Assembly: GCA_013178155.1 (NCBI GenBank)
Contig: JABLXH010000002.1
Coordinates: 116,523-180,522 of the forward strand
Direction of reading: 5' to 3'
Source of the DNA: Armatimonadota bacterium
Lineage (GTDB): Bacteria; Armatimonadota; Zipacnadia; Zipacnadales; UBA11051
DNA: 64,000 bases
This document shows positions 27,765-38,400 of this stretch, piece by piece. The notes beneath the pieces were generated by a model. That model was not told the DNA's origin. It was given only the letters and a program-made list of their open reading frames with translations, and searched no databases. How positions within the stretch are numbered: the stretch's first letter is position 1; the number at the start of each line of letters is the position of its first letter. A program made the translations under genes and the position numbers.

Positions 27765-29010
27765 GCTGCAATCCAAGACGGTGGATGAGCTGCGCGATAT
27801 CGCGGCATCGCTCAACATCGAGGGCGTACGCACGCTACGCAAGCAGGATCTGTGCATGAAGATCCTGTCGGGGCAGAGCGAGCAAAACGGCCACAAGTAT
27901 GGTTACGGTATCCTGGAGGTCATGCCGGACGGCCGTGGCTACCTGCGCGCCGATGGCTATTCGCCAGACCCCCAGAAGGATATCTACGTCGCTGACACCC
28001 AGATCAAACGCTTCGGGCTGCGAACCGGCGATCTGGTCAGTGGCCCCGTGCGCCCCCCCAAGGACACGGAGCGATACTGGTCGTTGCTGCGGGTGCAGAC
28101 CATCAACGGCGCGTCTCCTGAGGAGATGCGGAACCGGCCACAGTTTGAGGAACTGACACCTATCTACCCCGACGAGCGGCTGTATCTGGAGACCGAGGGG
28201 CCCAGCGGCATCACCGGGCGTTTCATGGACATTGTCACGCCGGTGGGGCGGGGCCAGCGCGGCCTCATCGTGGCTCCGCCGAAGGCCGGGAAGACAACGA
28301 TCATCAAGAACATCGCCAATGCTCTCACCAAGAACTACGATGACATTCTGCTGATGGTCTTGCTGATTGACGAGCGTCCGGAGGAAGTCACTGACATCGC
28401 GCGGTCGGTGGACGGCGAGGTCATCGCCTCGACCTTCGATGAGATGCCGGAAAACCATATGAAGGTGGCCGACCTGGTCCTCGCCCGTGCCAAACGACTG
28501 GTGGAACTTGGCGAGGATGTGGTCGTCCTGATGGACAGCATCACCCGTCTCGCGCGCGCCAGTAACCTGACGGTTGAACCCAGCGGCCGGACGCTGTCCG
28601 GAGGTCTGGACCCCACCGCGCTGTACCGTCCCAAGCGCTTCCTGGGGGCAGCCCGCAATATCGAAAACGGCGGCAGCCTCACGATCCTGGCCACCATCCT
28701 CGTAGAGACGGGAAGCCGCATGGACGACATGATCTTTGAGGAGTTCAAGGCGACTGGCAACCTCGACCTGGTCCTGACGCGTGAATGCGCGGAGCGAGGC
28801 GTGTTCCCCGCCATTGACATTCAGCGCTCCAGCACGCGGCACCAGGAGCTGTTGTTCAACGACGAGGAGATGCAGACGATCTGGCAACTGCGTCGCGCGC
28901 TGCATTCGCTGGACACGGTCGAAGCTGCCGAGATCCTGCTATCGGGGCTGCGCAAGACACGCAACAACCAGGAATTCCTGGCGATGGCTGTAGACACGTT
29001 CAGCCGCTGA
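27745..29010 (+). CDS. rho: Transcription termination factor Rho
   Basis: N-terminal RNA-binding domain. Walker A APPKAGKTT; Q- and R-loops; ends ...LAMAVDTFSR. Confidence 0.95.
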   Translation: MMLELSELQSKTVDELRDIAASLNIEGVRTLRKQDLCMKILSGQSEQNGHKYGYGILEVMPDGRGYLRADGYSPDPQKDIYVADTQIKRFGLRTGDLVSGPVRPPKDTERYWSLLRVQTINGASPEEMRNRPQFEELTPIYPDERLYLETEGPSGITGRFMDIVTPVGRGQRGLIVAPPKAGKTTIIKNIANALTKNYDDILLMVLLIDERPEEVTDIARSVDGEVIASTFDEMPENHMKVADLVLARAKRLVELGEDVVVLMDSITRLARASNLTVEPSGRTLSGGLDPTALYRPKRFLGAARNIENGGSLTILATILVETGSRMDDMIFEEFKATGNLDLVLTRECAERGVFPAIDIQRSSTRHQELLFNDEEMQTIWQLRRALHSLDTVEAAEILLSGLRKTRNNQEFLAMAVDTFSR

Positions 29011-29030
29011 CACAACCCGGAGGCACCGCC

Positions 29031-29834
29031 ATGACCGGTTACCGCCGTCTGCCTGCTCTGCTTCTCCCCAGCGCCCTGGCGCTGCTTGTCTGCCTGGTGG
29101 GCTCTTGCCAACAGCCCGGCCTAGAAGGCACCACCAGTGATGCCGAGGCTAAGGTAGACGTCCTGAGCCAGGACATTCAGATCCTTTACACCCTCAACCG
29201 TCTCGATCTCAAACCCGAGCAATACACCACCTTACTGGGGATCATTGACCGCATGGCGGCGGAGGTGGCGCCGGCGCAGGCCCAGCGCGAGGCCGCCCTC
29301 AAGGAACTGGCGCCGCTGCTGAGCCAGAAGCGAGCCGCGTTGCTTGAGGACAAGGAGCCGGGGGAAGAGCTGGAGGACCAGATCCGGGAAGTACAGGGGC
29401 GCGCCGACGACGCCTATGGGTTGGAGGTCGAGACCCGGAGCAAGTACGCCGCAGAGTTCCGCAAGGCGCTCAGTCCGGAGCAGACAGCCATCATCACCGG
29501 TGCTGACGAGGCAGCCACGCAGGCGGCCGAACTCCTGAACTGGATCCGGGAGCTACCTGAAGCGGAGTATGCCGAGGAAGCCGAGGCCAATGCCCAGGAA
29601 CTGGCTGACCCGGAGGTGGGTCTGAATGCCGAAGCCATCCTCCGCATCTTCTCGGAAGCCCGCAAGCTGAGTGCCGAGGAGTATGCACAGAAGCTGCCCG
29701 GGTTCACCACGGAACTGGCGAAGATCTATATGCCCATGCCTGACGCCGCTGACGAGTCGCTTGCCGACTGGTTCGGTGCGCCACGTTTGGCGGTGTTGCT
29801 ACGGGAGCGGGCGTCGAAGCTGGGCGGACAGTAG
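29031..29834 (+). CDS. Hypothetical secreted/lipoprotein, alpha-helical (Glu/Ala-rich)
   Basis: Signal peptide ending LLVCLVGSC (marginal lipobox). Coiled-coil-like, acidic. Confidence 0.5.
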   Translation: MTGYRRLPALLLPSALALLVCLVGSCQQPGLEGTTSDAEAKVDVLSQDIQILYTLNRLDLKPEQYTTLLGIIDRMAAEVAPAQAQREAALKELAPLLSQKRAALLEDKEPGEELEDQIREVQGRADDAYGLEVETRSKYAAEFRKALSPEQTAIITGADEAATQAAELLNWIRELPEAEYAEEAEANAQELADPEVGLNAEAILRIFSEARKLSAEEYAQKLPGFTTELAKIYMPMPDAADESLADWFGAPRLAVLLRERASKLGGQ

Positions 29835-29860
29835 GTGGCCCGGTAACCGCGGGTCAACCG

Positions 29861-31072
29861 GTGTGGCAGACGGGACAGAGGCCTCGCTTGCGGATCGCAA
29901 TCTTCACCAACACTTACTGGCCAACCGTCAACGGTGTTGCCATCTCAGTTGCCAACCTCAAGCGGGGGCTAGAGGCGGCCGGCCACGAGGTGTGGGTCTT
30001 TGCCCCCTCACCGCCGGGCTTTGATCGAGCTCAGGATGAGCCCGGGGTCGTGCGCTTCCCGGCGGTGGCCGCACCGGTAGAGGCTGACTACCCTTTGGCC
30101 GTCCCCTGCTCGCGGGCCGTGGTACGGACGCTGCGCCAACTGAACTTCGACCTGGTCCATACCGAACACCCCATGTGGGTCGGGTCCTGGGGCGCCTGGT
30201 ATGCGCGCTGTACCCGCAGACCCCTTGTCACCACCATCCACACCCAGTACGAGACTTACAGCCGGCTGATCCCTCTGCCCAATGCACTGGTGGACGCCTA
30301 TCTGCGCGCTCAGGTGCGGGCGTACTGCAATAGTTGTGACTGGGTAACCACGCCGGCCGCCAGTGCCCGTGACCGGCTGCTGGCCCGCGGTGTGAAGGCT
30401 CCCATTGAGGTAGTCTATAATCCCACTGACCTCTCGGAGTGCTTCCGAGCCGATGGCCGGGCTCTGCGGCGGGAGCTCGGTACCAGCGATGGCGAACTGC
30501 TGTTGGGCTACGTGGGGCGGCTGGCCCCGGAGAAGGGCCTGCCAGACTTGATCAAAGCGGCAGGCCTGGTCCTGCAGCGGCTCCCCCAGGCGCGGCTGAT
30601 CGTGATCGGCGATGGGCCGTCGCGGCCCAAGATCGAGGCGATGGCCAGGGCACTGCCCAACGGGGACCGCGTTCGTTTCCTGGGCCGCGTGCCGCATGAT
30701 CGCGTCCCCGAACACCAGGCCGCACTGGACCTGTTCATCACCGGCAGCCAGATGGAGGTCCAGCCGCTTTCCTTTGCCGAAGCTTTCGCCACGGGCACGC
30801 CGATTGTGGCCTACGACGTACCAGGTAACAACGACATGATCGAGGATGGTGTGACTGGGCGTCTGGTCCCCCCGCAAGAGGGGGCGAATGGACTTGCGGC
30901 CGCTGCCATCGAGCTACTGACGTCGCCTGACACTCTCGCCCGGCTCAGCGCCAACGCGCGGACCTGCTCCCAGCGCTTTGACCAGCCTCAAGTCGTGCAG
31001 CGCATGCTGGAAGTCTATCAGTGGGCGATCGAGCGAGCCAACGGCCGCCGCAGACGGTCTGGACCCGGTTAG
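29861..31072 (+). CDS. Glycosyltransferase family 4 (GT-B, glycos_transf_1)
   Basis: RIAIFTNTYWPTVNGVA N-terminus and the GT4 C-terminal ELLLGYVGRLAPEKG ... FITGSQMEVQPLSFAEAFATGTPIVA motif. Confidence 0.8.
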   Translation: MWQTGQRPRLRIAIFTNTYWPTVNGVAISVANLKRGLEAAGHEVWVFAPSPPGFDRAQDEPGVVRFPAVAAPVEADYPLAVPCSRAVVRTLRQLNFDLVHTEHPMWVGSWGAWYARCTRRPLVTTIHTQYETYSRLIPLPNALVDAYLRAQVRAYCNSCDWVTTPAASARDRLLARGVKAPIEVVYNPTDLSECFRADGRALRRELGTSDGELLLGYVGRLAPEKGLPDLIKAAGLVLQRLPQARLIVIGDGPSRPKIEAMARALPNGDRVRFLGRVPHDRVPEHQAALDLFITGSQMEVQPLSFAEAFATGTPIVAYDVPGNNDMIEDGVTGRLVPPQEGANGLAAAAIELLTSPDTLARLSANARTCSQRFDQPQVVQRMLEVYQWAIERANGRRRRSGPG

Positions 31073-31110
31073 TGCATGCCACCGCAGCCATGCGGCCAAC
31101 CTGACAGGAG

Positions 31111-32283
31111 GTGCTCTTGTTGAAGCCTGTAAAGACGGCGCTGGTCGGCATTTCGGGCATTGGAGGCTACCATCGCGAGTTGCTGCACTCTCTTGAGATG
31201 GTAGACCTTGTCGCGGCATGTGACCGCTGGCCGGAGCGAACACCTGTGGCCGAGGCGCTCGCGAAGCTGCGGGAATGGGAAGTTCCCTTCTATGAGGACA
31301 TCTGGGCGATGCTGGACGACGTGGACGTGGAGATGGTGCTCATCGCCACGCCCCACCCGTTCCATGCGCCCTACGCCCTGGGCTGTCTGGAGCGCAACCT
31401 GCATGTCCTATGTGAGAAGCCGGTGACGGTCCTGGCCGCCGACGGTCTGCAAGTGGCCCAGACGGCAGCTCAGCGTCGGCGCTTCGTGGCGGTGGACTTC
31501 CAGTTTGCCAGCTACAAGCATTCCCAGCAGTTGAAGGAACTCATCTGCAGCGGCGAGTTGGGTGAACTCCGGGAGGTCGTGGGGGTCATGGAGTGGTTCC
31601 GCGCCGACAGCTACTACGAACGCGCCGACTGGTCCGGCAAGCGATACTACGAGGACCTGCCGTGCTGGGACGGCGTCCTGATGAACCAGGCGGTCCACCT
31701 GGTGAACTCAGCCCTGCAATTGGGCACCACAGAGGCCGGCTTCGCGGTGCCAAAGCGTCTGCAAGCCGAAATGTACCGGGTGCACGACATCGAGTGCGAG
31801 GACCTGGCCTCCATCCGTGCCGACCTGGGCGAAGCCACGATGCACCTGTATGCCACCACCTGCTGTGATGCCGACTACCGTACCAGCCTGGAGATCGTCG
31901 GGACCAGGGGACGAGCGAGCTGGGACACGGAGCGGGCGGTCGTCCACCGTGAGGGGCATGACGAGGTGGTCCTCGACGCGCCCAGCGACCGGGACGCCAT
32001 TCACCGAAACCTGCTGGCCTGCATCCGTGGCCTGGAGAAGCGCCTGTATGCGCCAGCAGACGAGGCGGTGAAGGCGACAATGACCGTCAACGGCGCCTAC
32101 GTCTCCGCCGGAAGCATCCCGCGACGCACCTGGGACGACATCGCTGGCCTGCGCGAGCTAATGGATGCCGCGGCCGAGGAACGGAAGCTACTGGCCGAGA
32201 TGCCGGGTGTGGCGTGGGGGCAGGTGGGCGAGGTTGTGGAGCAGTCTGAGTTTGCGAGTTTCGCGGGGCTAGCCGACGACTGA
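31111..32283 (+). CDS. Gfo/Idh/MocA family NAD(P)-dependent oxidoreductase
   Basis: ALVGISGIGGYH Rossmann motif; EKP motif (LCEKPVTV). Confidence 0.8.
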   Translation: MLLLKPVKTALVGISGIGGYHRELLHSLEMVDLVAACDRWPERTPVAEALAKLREWEVPFYEDIWAMLDDVDVEMVLIATPHPFHAPYALGCLERNLHVLCEKPVTVLAADGLQVAQTAAQRRRFVAVDFQFASYKHSQQLKELICSGELGELREVVGVMEWFRADSYYERADWSGKRYYEDLPCWDGVLMNQAVHLVNSALQLGTTEAGFAVPKRLQAEMYRVHDIECEDLASIRADLGEATMHLYATTCCDADYRTSLEIVGTRGRASWDTERAVVHREGHDEVVLDAPSDRDAIHRNLLACIRGLEKRLYAPADEAVKATMTVNGAYVSAGSIPRRTWDDIAGLRELMDAAAEERKLLAEMPGVAWGQVGEVVEQSEFASFAGLADD

Positions 32284-32361
32284 TCGCGTTGCGCGTATCA
32301 GCACGAAGCACTGGGGCGACGGCGTGAGCCGTCGCCCCATCGATTCGGTCTGCTGGCCTGC

Positions 32362-33192
32362 TCAGGCAGTGCGCCAGGGGACCGGCAGCGACACAGCCGG
32401 CGTGACTTTGGCCGCCGGGGCGGTCTTGAGATGGGCCCCCGCCAGGTTCCAGATGGTGTTGACGACGACGATTGCGGCGGCCAGGATGGCAGCGTAGATC
32501 ATCATGGAGCCCAGCGAGTTGGTGTCCTGATCCTTGGAAAGCTTGAACAGTATGCCCATGATGAGACCTAGCGGGGGACAGAAGAAGGCACCGATGACGA
32601 GGCCGATCATGGTGAAGACTGCTACGCCGACGACATTGGGCACCTGGCCCCGGGCCACGGCAGTGATGGCCGCCGAAACCGCCCACAGACGAAGCCCCTC
32701 GCCGATGAGGCAGAGAAAGGCCGCCAGCGCCAGCCCAGCACAGACGATGAACATGATGCGCGGGTCGGAGAACAGTCCGAAGCCGAGTGCCTTGAACTGG
32801 GCGTAGGTTAGCGTCTTGATGGTGGCAAAGCCACCTGCGCTGCCCAGGAAACCCTTGGCCGCTGCGGCGAGGCCGCCGGTGAAGGCCGCCGCAAGAATGG
32901 CTGCCACCACGATCGCCGGCCGTTGCTTCCGCAGCTCCTGGGCCTGCTGCTTGTCAAAGACGCGCAGACGCTTCTCCTCGGCGCTCTCACCCGGTGCAAC
33001 CAGGCCCGCAGCCGCCGGATTGGCCGCCGCGGCCGCTCCAGTGGCTGGCTTGGCCACCGTGCGAGCATTCTGTTGGGCCTGCTTGACGATATCCACCCGC
33101 GCCTGTACGAGATCGAGACCGCAGTCAAGACACTGGGTATCAGTCTGGCTGACCTTGGCCCCGCACTTGGGGCAGTTGCTCATGACACGCAT
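32362..33192 (-). CDS. Zinc-ribbon membrane protein (hypothetical)
   Basis: CPKCG ... CLDCG zinc ribbon followed by about four TM helices. Start set at ATG 33192 with GTGAGG RBS. Confidence 0.5.
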   Translation of the reverse strand: MRVMSNCPKCGAKVSQTDTQCLDCGLDLVQARVDIVKQAQQNARTVAKPATGAAAAANPAAAGLVAPGESAEEKRLRVFDKQQAQELRKQRPAIVVAAILAAAFTGGLAAAAKGFLGSAGGFATIKTLTYAQFKALGFGLFSDPRIMFIVCAGLALAAFLCLIGEGLRLWAVSAAITAVARGQVPNVVGVAVFTMIGLVIGAFFCPPLGLIMGILFKLSKDQDTNSLGSMMIYAAILAAAIVVVNTIWNLAGAHLKTAPAAKVTPAVSLPVPWRTA

Positions 33193-33377
33193 CGACACAG
33201 CCTCACAGGAAGAATGTCTCCCACGGGAGGCGATTATAGCAGACAGCGAAGGCGTGACCAACAGGGATTGTGGTGCCTTGCCGGCCAAGCCAGAAAAGCC
33301 CGGCGCCGAGGGAGGTCCAGAAGCGCTCGCCGGTGAACTGAAACTCTCAACACGCGGTCAGGAGGCCTCTCGGGGCA

Positions 33378-35375
33378 GTGGCAGAAGCTGAAGCCAGCAT
33401 CGATACCACCCACGAACAGGTAGTGTTGGGAGGCGGAGAGCGTCTGTCAGCTGCTACCGTCATTGTGGCGGTGGGTTTCCTGGGCCTGTCTCTGTTTTGG
33501 ATGCTGCAGGCAGGGATCATCTCGCACGGGGTACAGTTGGGCGAGAGCGTGCCGGTGGTGCCGGCGGTTGGGGCGCTGTTAGTCTTGACAGTGCTGGGCC
33601 TTACGCTCCGGCGGCTGGGCTGGCGCTGGCGCGTGCCACCGGGCCAGGTCCTTTACATCTACTGCTTCCTGTGCGTGGCGGTGACCATGAACTCGGTGGG
33701 CGTGGCGCGGATGCTGTTTCCTGAAGCCACGGCGGTCTACTATTTCGCCACGCCCGAGAACGACTTCGAGACACTGCAGAAGTACATGCCCACCTGGTTG
33801 GCCCCGCAGGATCCCAAGGTCATCCAGGAGATGTACGAGGGCGCTGCCGACGAGAAGGTGCCGTGGAAGCCCTGGCTGCGGCCCCTCTTCTTTTGGACCC
33901 TGTTTCTGGGCGGTCTGTTCGTGTCCATGCAGGGGATGACGGCACTCTTCCGACGGCAATGGGCGGACAAGGAGCGCCTGACCTTCCCTATCGTGCAGCT
34001 CGTCCTGGACATCGCCGACCAGGAGGGGCGACGGGTAGTGGGGGGCTTCTTTGGCAACCCGCTCATGTGGGTTGGGTTTGGCATAGCGGCTCTGTACAAC
34101 GTTGGTAACATCCTGAACGCCTGGAATCCGGCCGTGCCGGCCATGGGTCGGGAGTACGCTATCGGGCGGTTCTTCACCGAACGGCCGCTTTCGGCGATCA
34201 ACCCGCTCAGCATCGCCTGGCGACCCGAGAACATTGGACTGGGCTACCTGGTGCCGACGGAGATCACGCTGTCGGTGTGGGTGTTCTACCTGGCCCTGCG
34301 CATCTCCAACGTTATCGCGACGGCGGGCGGATACGAGATTGCCGGTTTCCCGTTTGATCGGGAGCAATCGGCGGGATCGTACCTGGTGTTGGCGCTCTTT
34401 CTGATCTGGGTGGCGCGGGACCATCTCAAGGCCGCCTTCGCAACCGCCTTCACCGCGCATCGGCCGCTTGATGACCGCGGCGAGCCCATGTCGTATCGAA
34501 TGGCCTTCCTGGCGACCTTCGGAGGGCTGGCGCTCATGCTGGCGATTGCCCTCAAGGCCGGGATGTGGCTGGGCACCGCACTCATCTACTTTGGTCTCGT
34601 GCTGCTCTTTGCGCTGGTGTACGCCAGGGCGCGGGCGGAAGCGGGCGCAGCCATGGTGTGGCTGTTTCCGTTCTACCTGCACAAACAGATGATGATCCAC
34701 GTGGCCGGGTCGGAGCCCTTCTCGCGGGGCGGTAACTGGAGCAACCTGACCATGCTCTCCACCTTCATGTTCATCTCCCGGGGCTTCTTCCAGTCCCTGA
34801 TGGCCTACCAGATGGAGAGCACCAAGATCGCGCAGGAGGCGCGGCTGCGACAGCGAACAATGGTCGTGTGGCTGCTGAGCGCGCTGGTGCTGGGGTTGTT
34901 GGGAGCCTATGTGACCCACTTGCACGCCTACTACACCCACGGGGCGAACATCCTGGAGGGGGGCAGCACCGAGGGTGGCTATCGGGTGATGCTGGCTCGC
35001 CAGGAGTTTGAGGAGCTCTCCAGCTTCCTGAAGGCCCAGCGCCCACCAGACCTGGCGCGCACGTGGGCGGGCCTCTTTGGCGCGGTCTTCACCCTGGGGC
35101 TGATACTGGTGCGCACGTACTCGCTGCGCTTTCCGCTTCACCCGCTGGGTTTCGCCATGGTTACCTCTTACGGCGGACCGCTGTGGGGGCCGTTCCTGCT
35201 GGTGTGGATCGTCAAGACCGTGGTGTTGCGGATCGGCGGGATGCGCGCCTACCGACGTGGCATTCCGTTTTTCCTGGGGATCGTGATGGGCCACTTCTTC
35301 GTGGCTGGTCTCATCTGGGGCTGGTTGAGTATCATCAATGAGATGTACCGTCGCTACGTCGTGCATTTCGGCTAG
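33378..35375 (+). CDS. Large polytopic membrane protein, unknown family (paralog A; about 13-14 TM)
   Basis: Shares WADKERLTFPIVQL, PTEITLSVWVFYL and PLHPLGFAMVTSY motifs with the 54230-56218 protein. Start uncertain. Confidence 0.6.
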   Translation: MAEAEASIDTTHEQVVLGGGERLSAATVIVAVGFLGLSLFWMLQAGIISHGVQLGESVPVVPAVGALLVLTVLGLTLRRLGWRWRVPPGQVLYIYCFLCVAVTMNSVGVARMLFPEATAVYYFATPENDFETLQKYMPTWLAPQDPKVIQEMYEGAADEKVPWKPWLRPLFFWTLFLGGLFVSMQGMTALFRRQWADKERLTFPIVQLVLDIADQEGRRVVGGFFGNPLMWVGFGIAALYNVGNILNAWNPAVPAMGREYAIGRFFTERPLSAINPLSIAWRPENIGLGYLVPTEITLSVWVFYLALRISNVIATAGGYEIAGFPFDREQSAGSYLVLALFLIWVARDHLKAAFATAFTAHRPLDDRGEPMSYRMAFLATFGGLALMLAIALKAGMWLGTALIYFGLVLLFALVYARARAEAGAAMVWLFPFYLHKQMMIHVAGSEPFSRGGNWSNLTMLSTFMFISRGFFQSLMAYQMESTKIAQEARLRQRTMVVWLLSALVLGLLGAYVTHLHAYYTHGANILEGGSTEGGYRVMLARQEFEELSSFLKAQRPPDLARTWAGLFGAVFTLGLILVRTYSLRFPLHPLGFAMVTSYGGPLWGPFLLVWIVKTVVLRIGGMRAYRRGIPFFLGIVMGHFFVAGLIWGWLSIINEMYRRYVVHFG

Positions 35376-35450
35376 AGGCGGTGGCCGGGACGACAGGCGG
35401 ACCAGGTCGGACCGGTCTCTCGCGGCGGTGTCGTCCACAGGAGAGATACG

Positions 35451-38400
35451 ATGGCTGCACGCAACTGCTGGAAGTCAACCCTGGGGTGGAGCATGGCCTG
35501 TCTGGCGTTGGTCGGGGCCTTAGCCAGCCTGGCGCCGGCGGCGATGGATTATGAGGCCCTGGCCTCGCAGATTGATATGGGGCGCCTCGTGCGGGACCTG
35601 CGGGCCATGGAGGCCCTTGGATCGCGTGTAGTTGGATACCCGGGCAATGCACGCGCCGCTGCGATGATCCAGGAGGAGTTCGAGCGCCTCGGTCTGGAGA
35701 CGATGGTCCAGGAGTACGATCTGCCGTCGCCCGTGGATTACGGCAGCAAGCTGCGGTTGGGTGATCGCGAATACGATCTGTCGGCCCTCTGGCCCAACCA
35801 TGTCCGAACGTGCCAGGTCCCGGCCGCGGGTCTCACCGGCCCCGTCATTTACGTCGGCGCCGGTTCGCTGGCCGACTTTAACGGTAAGGACACGGCCGGG
35901 GCCATCGTACTGATGGACTTTAACACCCAACAGAACTGGCTGAACGTGCCCCTGCTGGACGCCGCAGCGGTGATCTTCGTTGAGCCCCTGAGCATGACCC
36001 GCGGCGAGGCGGAGATGAAGTTCGTCCGGGCGCCCATCAATGTCCCCCGGTTCTATCTCCGGGGCACCGATGCAGCGGAGGTGCTCGCCAAGGTGGCGGA
36101 GCAGCCCGTCACCGGCACCATCAGCGCCGACGAACCACTCCGCTGGCGCAGCACCGTCAACCGCAACATCATCGGTATTCTCCCTGGCAAGGGGGGAACG
36201 CTGAGGGAAGAGCCCATCGTCCTGCAGGCTTACTATGACTCGGTCTCGGTAGTGCCCAGGCTGGCGCCCGGAGCGGAGAACGCCACGGGTATCTGTGCGT
36301 TGTTGGAGCTGGCGCGGCTGCTCACTCGCCCGGAGTATCGGCCGCAGCGCACGGTCATCTTCCTGGCCACCAGTGGGCACTTCCAGGCGCTCGCCGGTAC
36401 GCGGGAGTTTCAGGCGCTTTGGGGACGGGAGCCCCGCAAGGAGCGCAATCGCCTGGACCAGCTCAGGAAGCTCGAAGAGGAGCTGGACGAGCTCAACAAG
36501 CTCAAGGAGAAGCTCACCAGGGACCTTGCCAAGCTCAGCGAGGCGCGGGCCCAGATCACCTCGGAGACGACGTTCTTTAAGAATGTCGTTAACGTTGGGC
36601 AACTGGAGTTGTCACCCGAGGTCGCGGAGCTTCGTCTGGCCCGCCTGGATCGGGACATCAAGCGCAAGCAAGACTATATCGCTATCTGGAAGAAGCTGGA
36701 CTCGCTGGGCAAGATCCAACTGTTCATCGGCCTGGACCTGAGCACCCGCAGCGGCGCTCTGGGCCCCTTCCAGTCGGGCTGGTACTACAACCAGTCCCAT
36801 CTGCTGCGGTTCTACTCGCCTCTGGGCAAGCAATTCGCCCAGTACGCTTCGGCGGCCGCCGAGGCCCTCGGGTACAACACGGCGGATGTGTTCGTAGATG
36901 GGATCAACCCGGTCAAGGGCCGCGAGTGGCACACCTTCTTCCCGGGCAAGGTGGCCTTTGACCACGAGATGATCATCAGGGGAGGGCGGCCGGGCATTGT
37001 TCTGGCTACCGTCAACGACGGGCGACCCCTGGTGGATACGCCGCTGGACACCGTAAGCAATCTCGACCTGGCCAATCTGGAGACCCAGGTGCGGATGCTG
37101 GCGTGTATGCTGACCAGCTTCCTGAGCGATGAGACGCTGGGAGACAAGGCGCTCAAGCGCATCCGGGCGCTGAAGAAGATGGACGACCTCAAGGACATCC
37201 TGGGCACCGTGCTGGAGTTCCGTCGCCGCGACAGCTTTGTGCCTAACACCCCGGTTCCCGGCTCGCTGGTGGTCATTCAGGGCAGCTATCGGATGATGAT
37301 GGGTGTGCACACCGAAGTGCTGGCCATGGCCAATGAGACCAGTGAGTTCCTGATGCGGGGCGAAGTCGGTGGGGGCAGTATCCTGGAGGCCTACAACTTT
37401 GACAATGGTACCGGGGACGTCATCTATGCCCCGGATATGGGTCCGGACGGCGACAAGAAGTACCCACGGACGGTCCAGGGGCGGGCCGGACTGAAGCGCC
37501 CCATCATCGTCTTCAACTGCGTCCCCACTGACATCTTCGACCTCGTGGATGAGCGGTATTTCCAGACCCTGCAGAAGGTCTTCATCTACGACGCCAAAGA
37601 CTACTCGGAGCCGATCTCCTTCGGCTACAGTCTGTCTTCCATGGGAGCGTCGGCCTCGGAGTTTCCATCGTTCGTCGAGCCAGTGGGGACGATCTTCTCG
37701 ATGCCCGAGGTGGATGTCCAGGTCACCATGTCCATGGGCCTGCTGGGTGTGCGCCTGGTGCTCATCAACTCAACCGATGACCGCCCCACGGGCGTGGGCT
37801 TCCCGGCGCGGACGACACGTCGGATCGCTCTCACCCCACTTCAGGTCGGGAAGGACATGTGGCAACTGGACGAGTTCCGCATGGCCAGACTGCGGGCACG
37901 GGGCATCCAGAACGCCCGGCTGGAGCGACTGCATACCGCTGCCGCAGAATCACTTAAGGTCGCGCAGGAGGAGTTGAAGGCCCGACGCTATGACCTGGGG
38001 GTCTCGGCGGCCCGCCACGCGTGGGGCTATGAGTCCCGGGCCTACCCGGATGTGCAGAAAACGGCGATTGACGTGGTGAAGGGTGTGCTGTTCTATCTGG
38101 CGATGCTGTTGCCCTTCGCCTACTTTGGCGAGCGCCTGCTGATCGCCTCGCGCACCATCGTCGGCACCATCCTGGGCACGCTGGGTGTCTTCCTGGTGGT
38201 GTTCTTCGGGTTGGCGATGGTGCACCCGGCCTTCACTCTCACCGCCAACCCCCCCATCATCCTGCTGGCATTCATCATCATGGCCTTGGCGGTGATGGTC
38301 ATCGCGATCGTCACCATGAAGTTCAACCAGGAGCTCAAGTCCATGAAGCAGGCGCGGGGTGGGGTGCACGAGGCGGATGTGGGACGGCTGTCCGCCGCTT

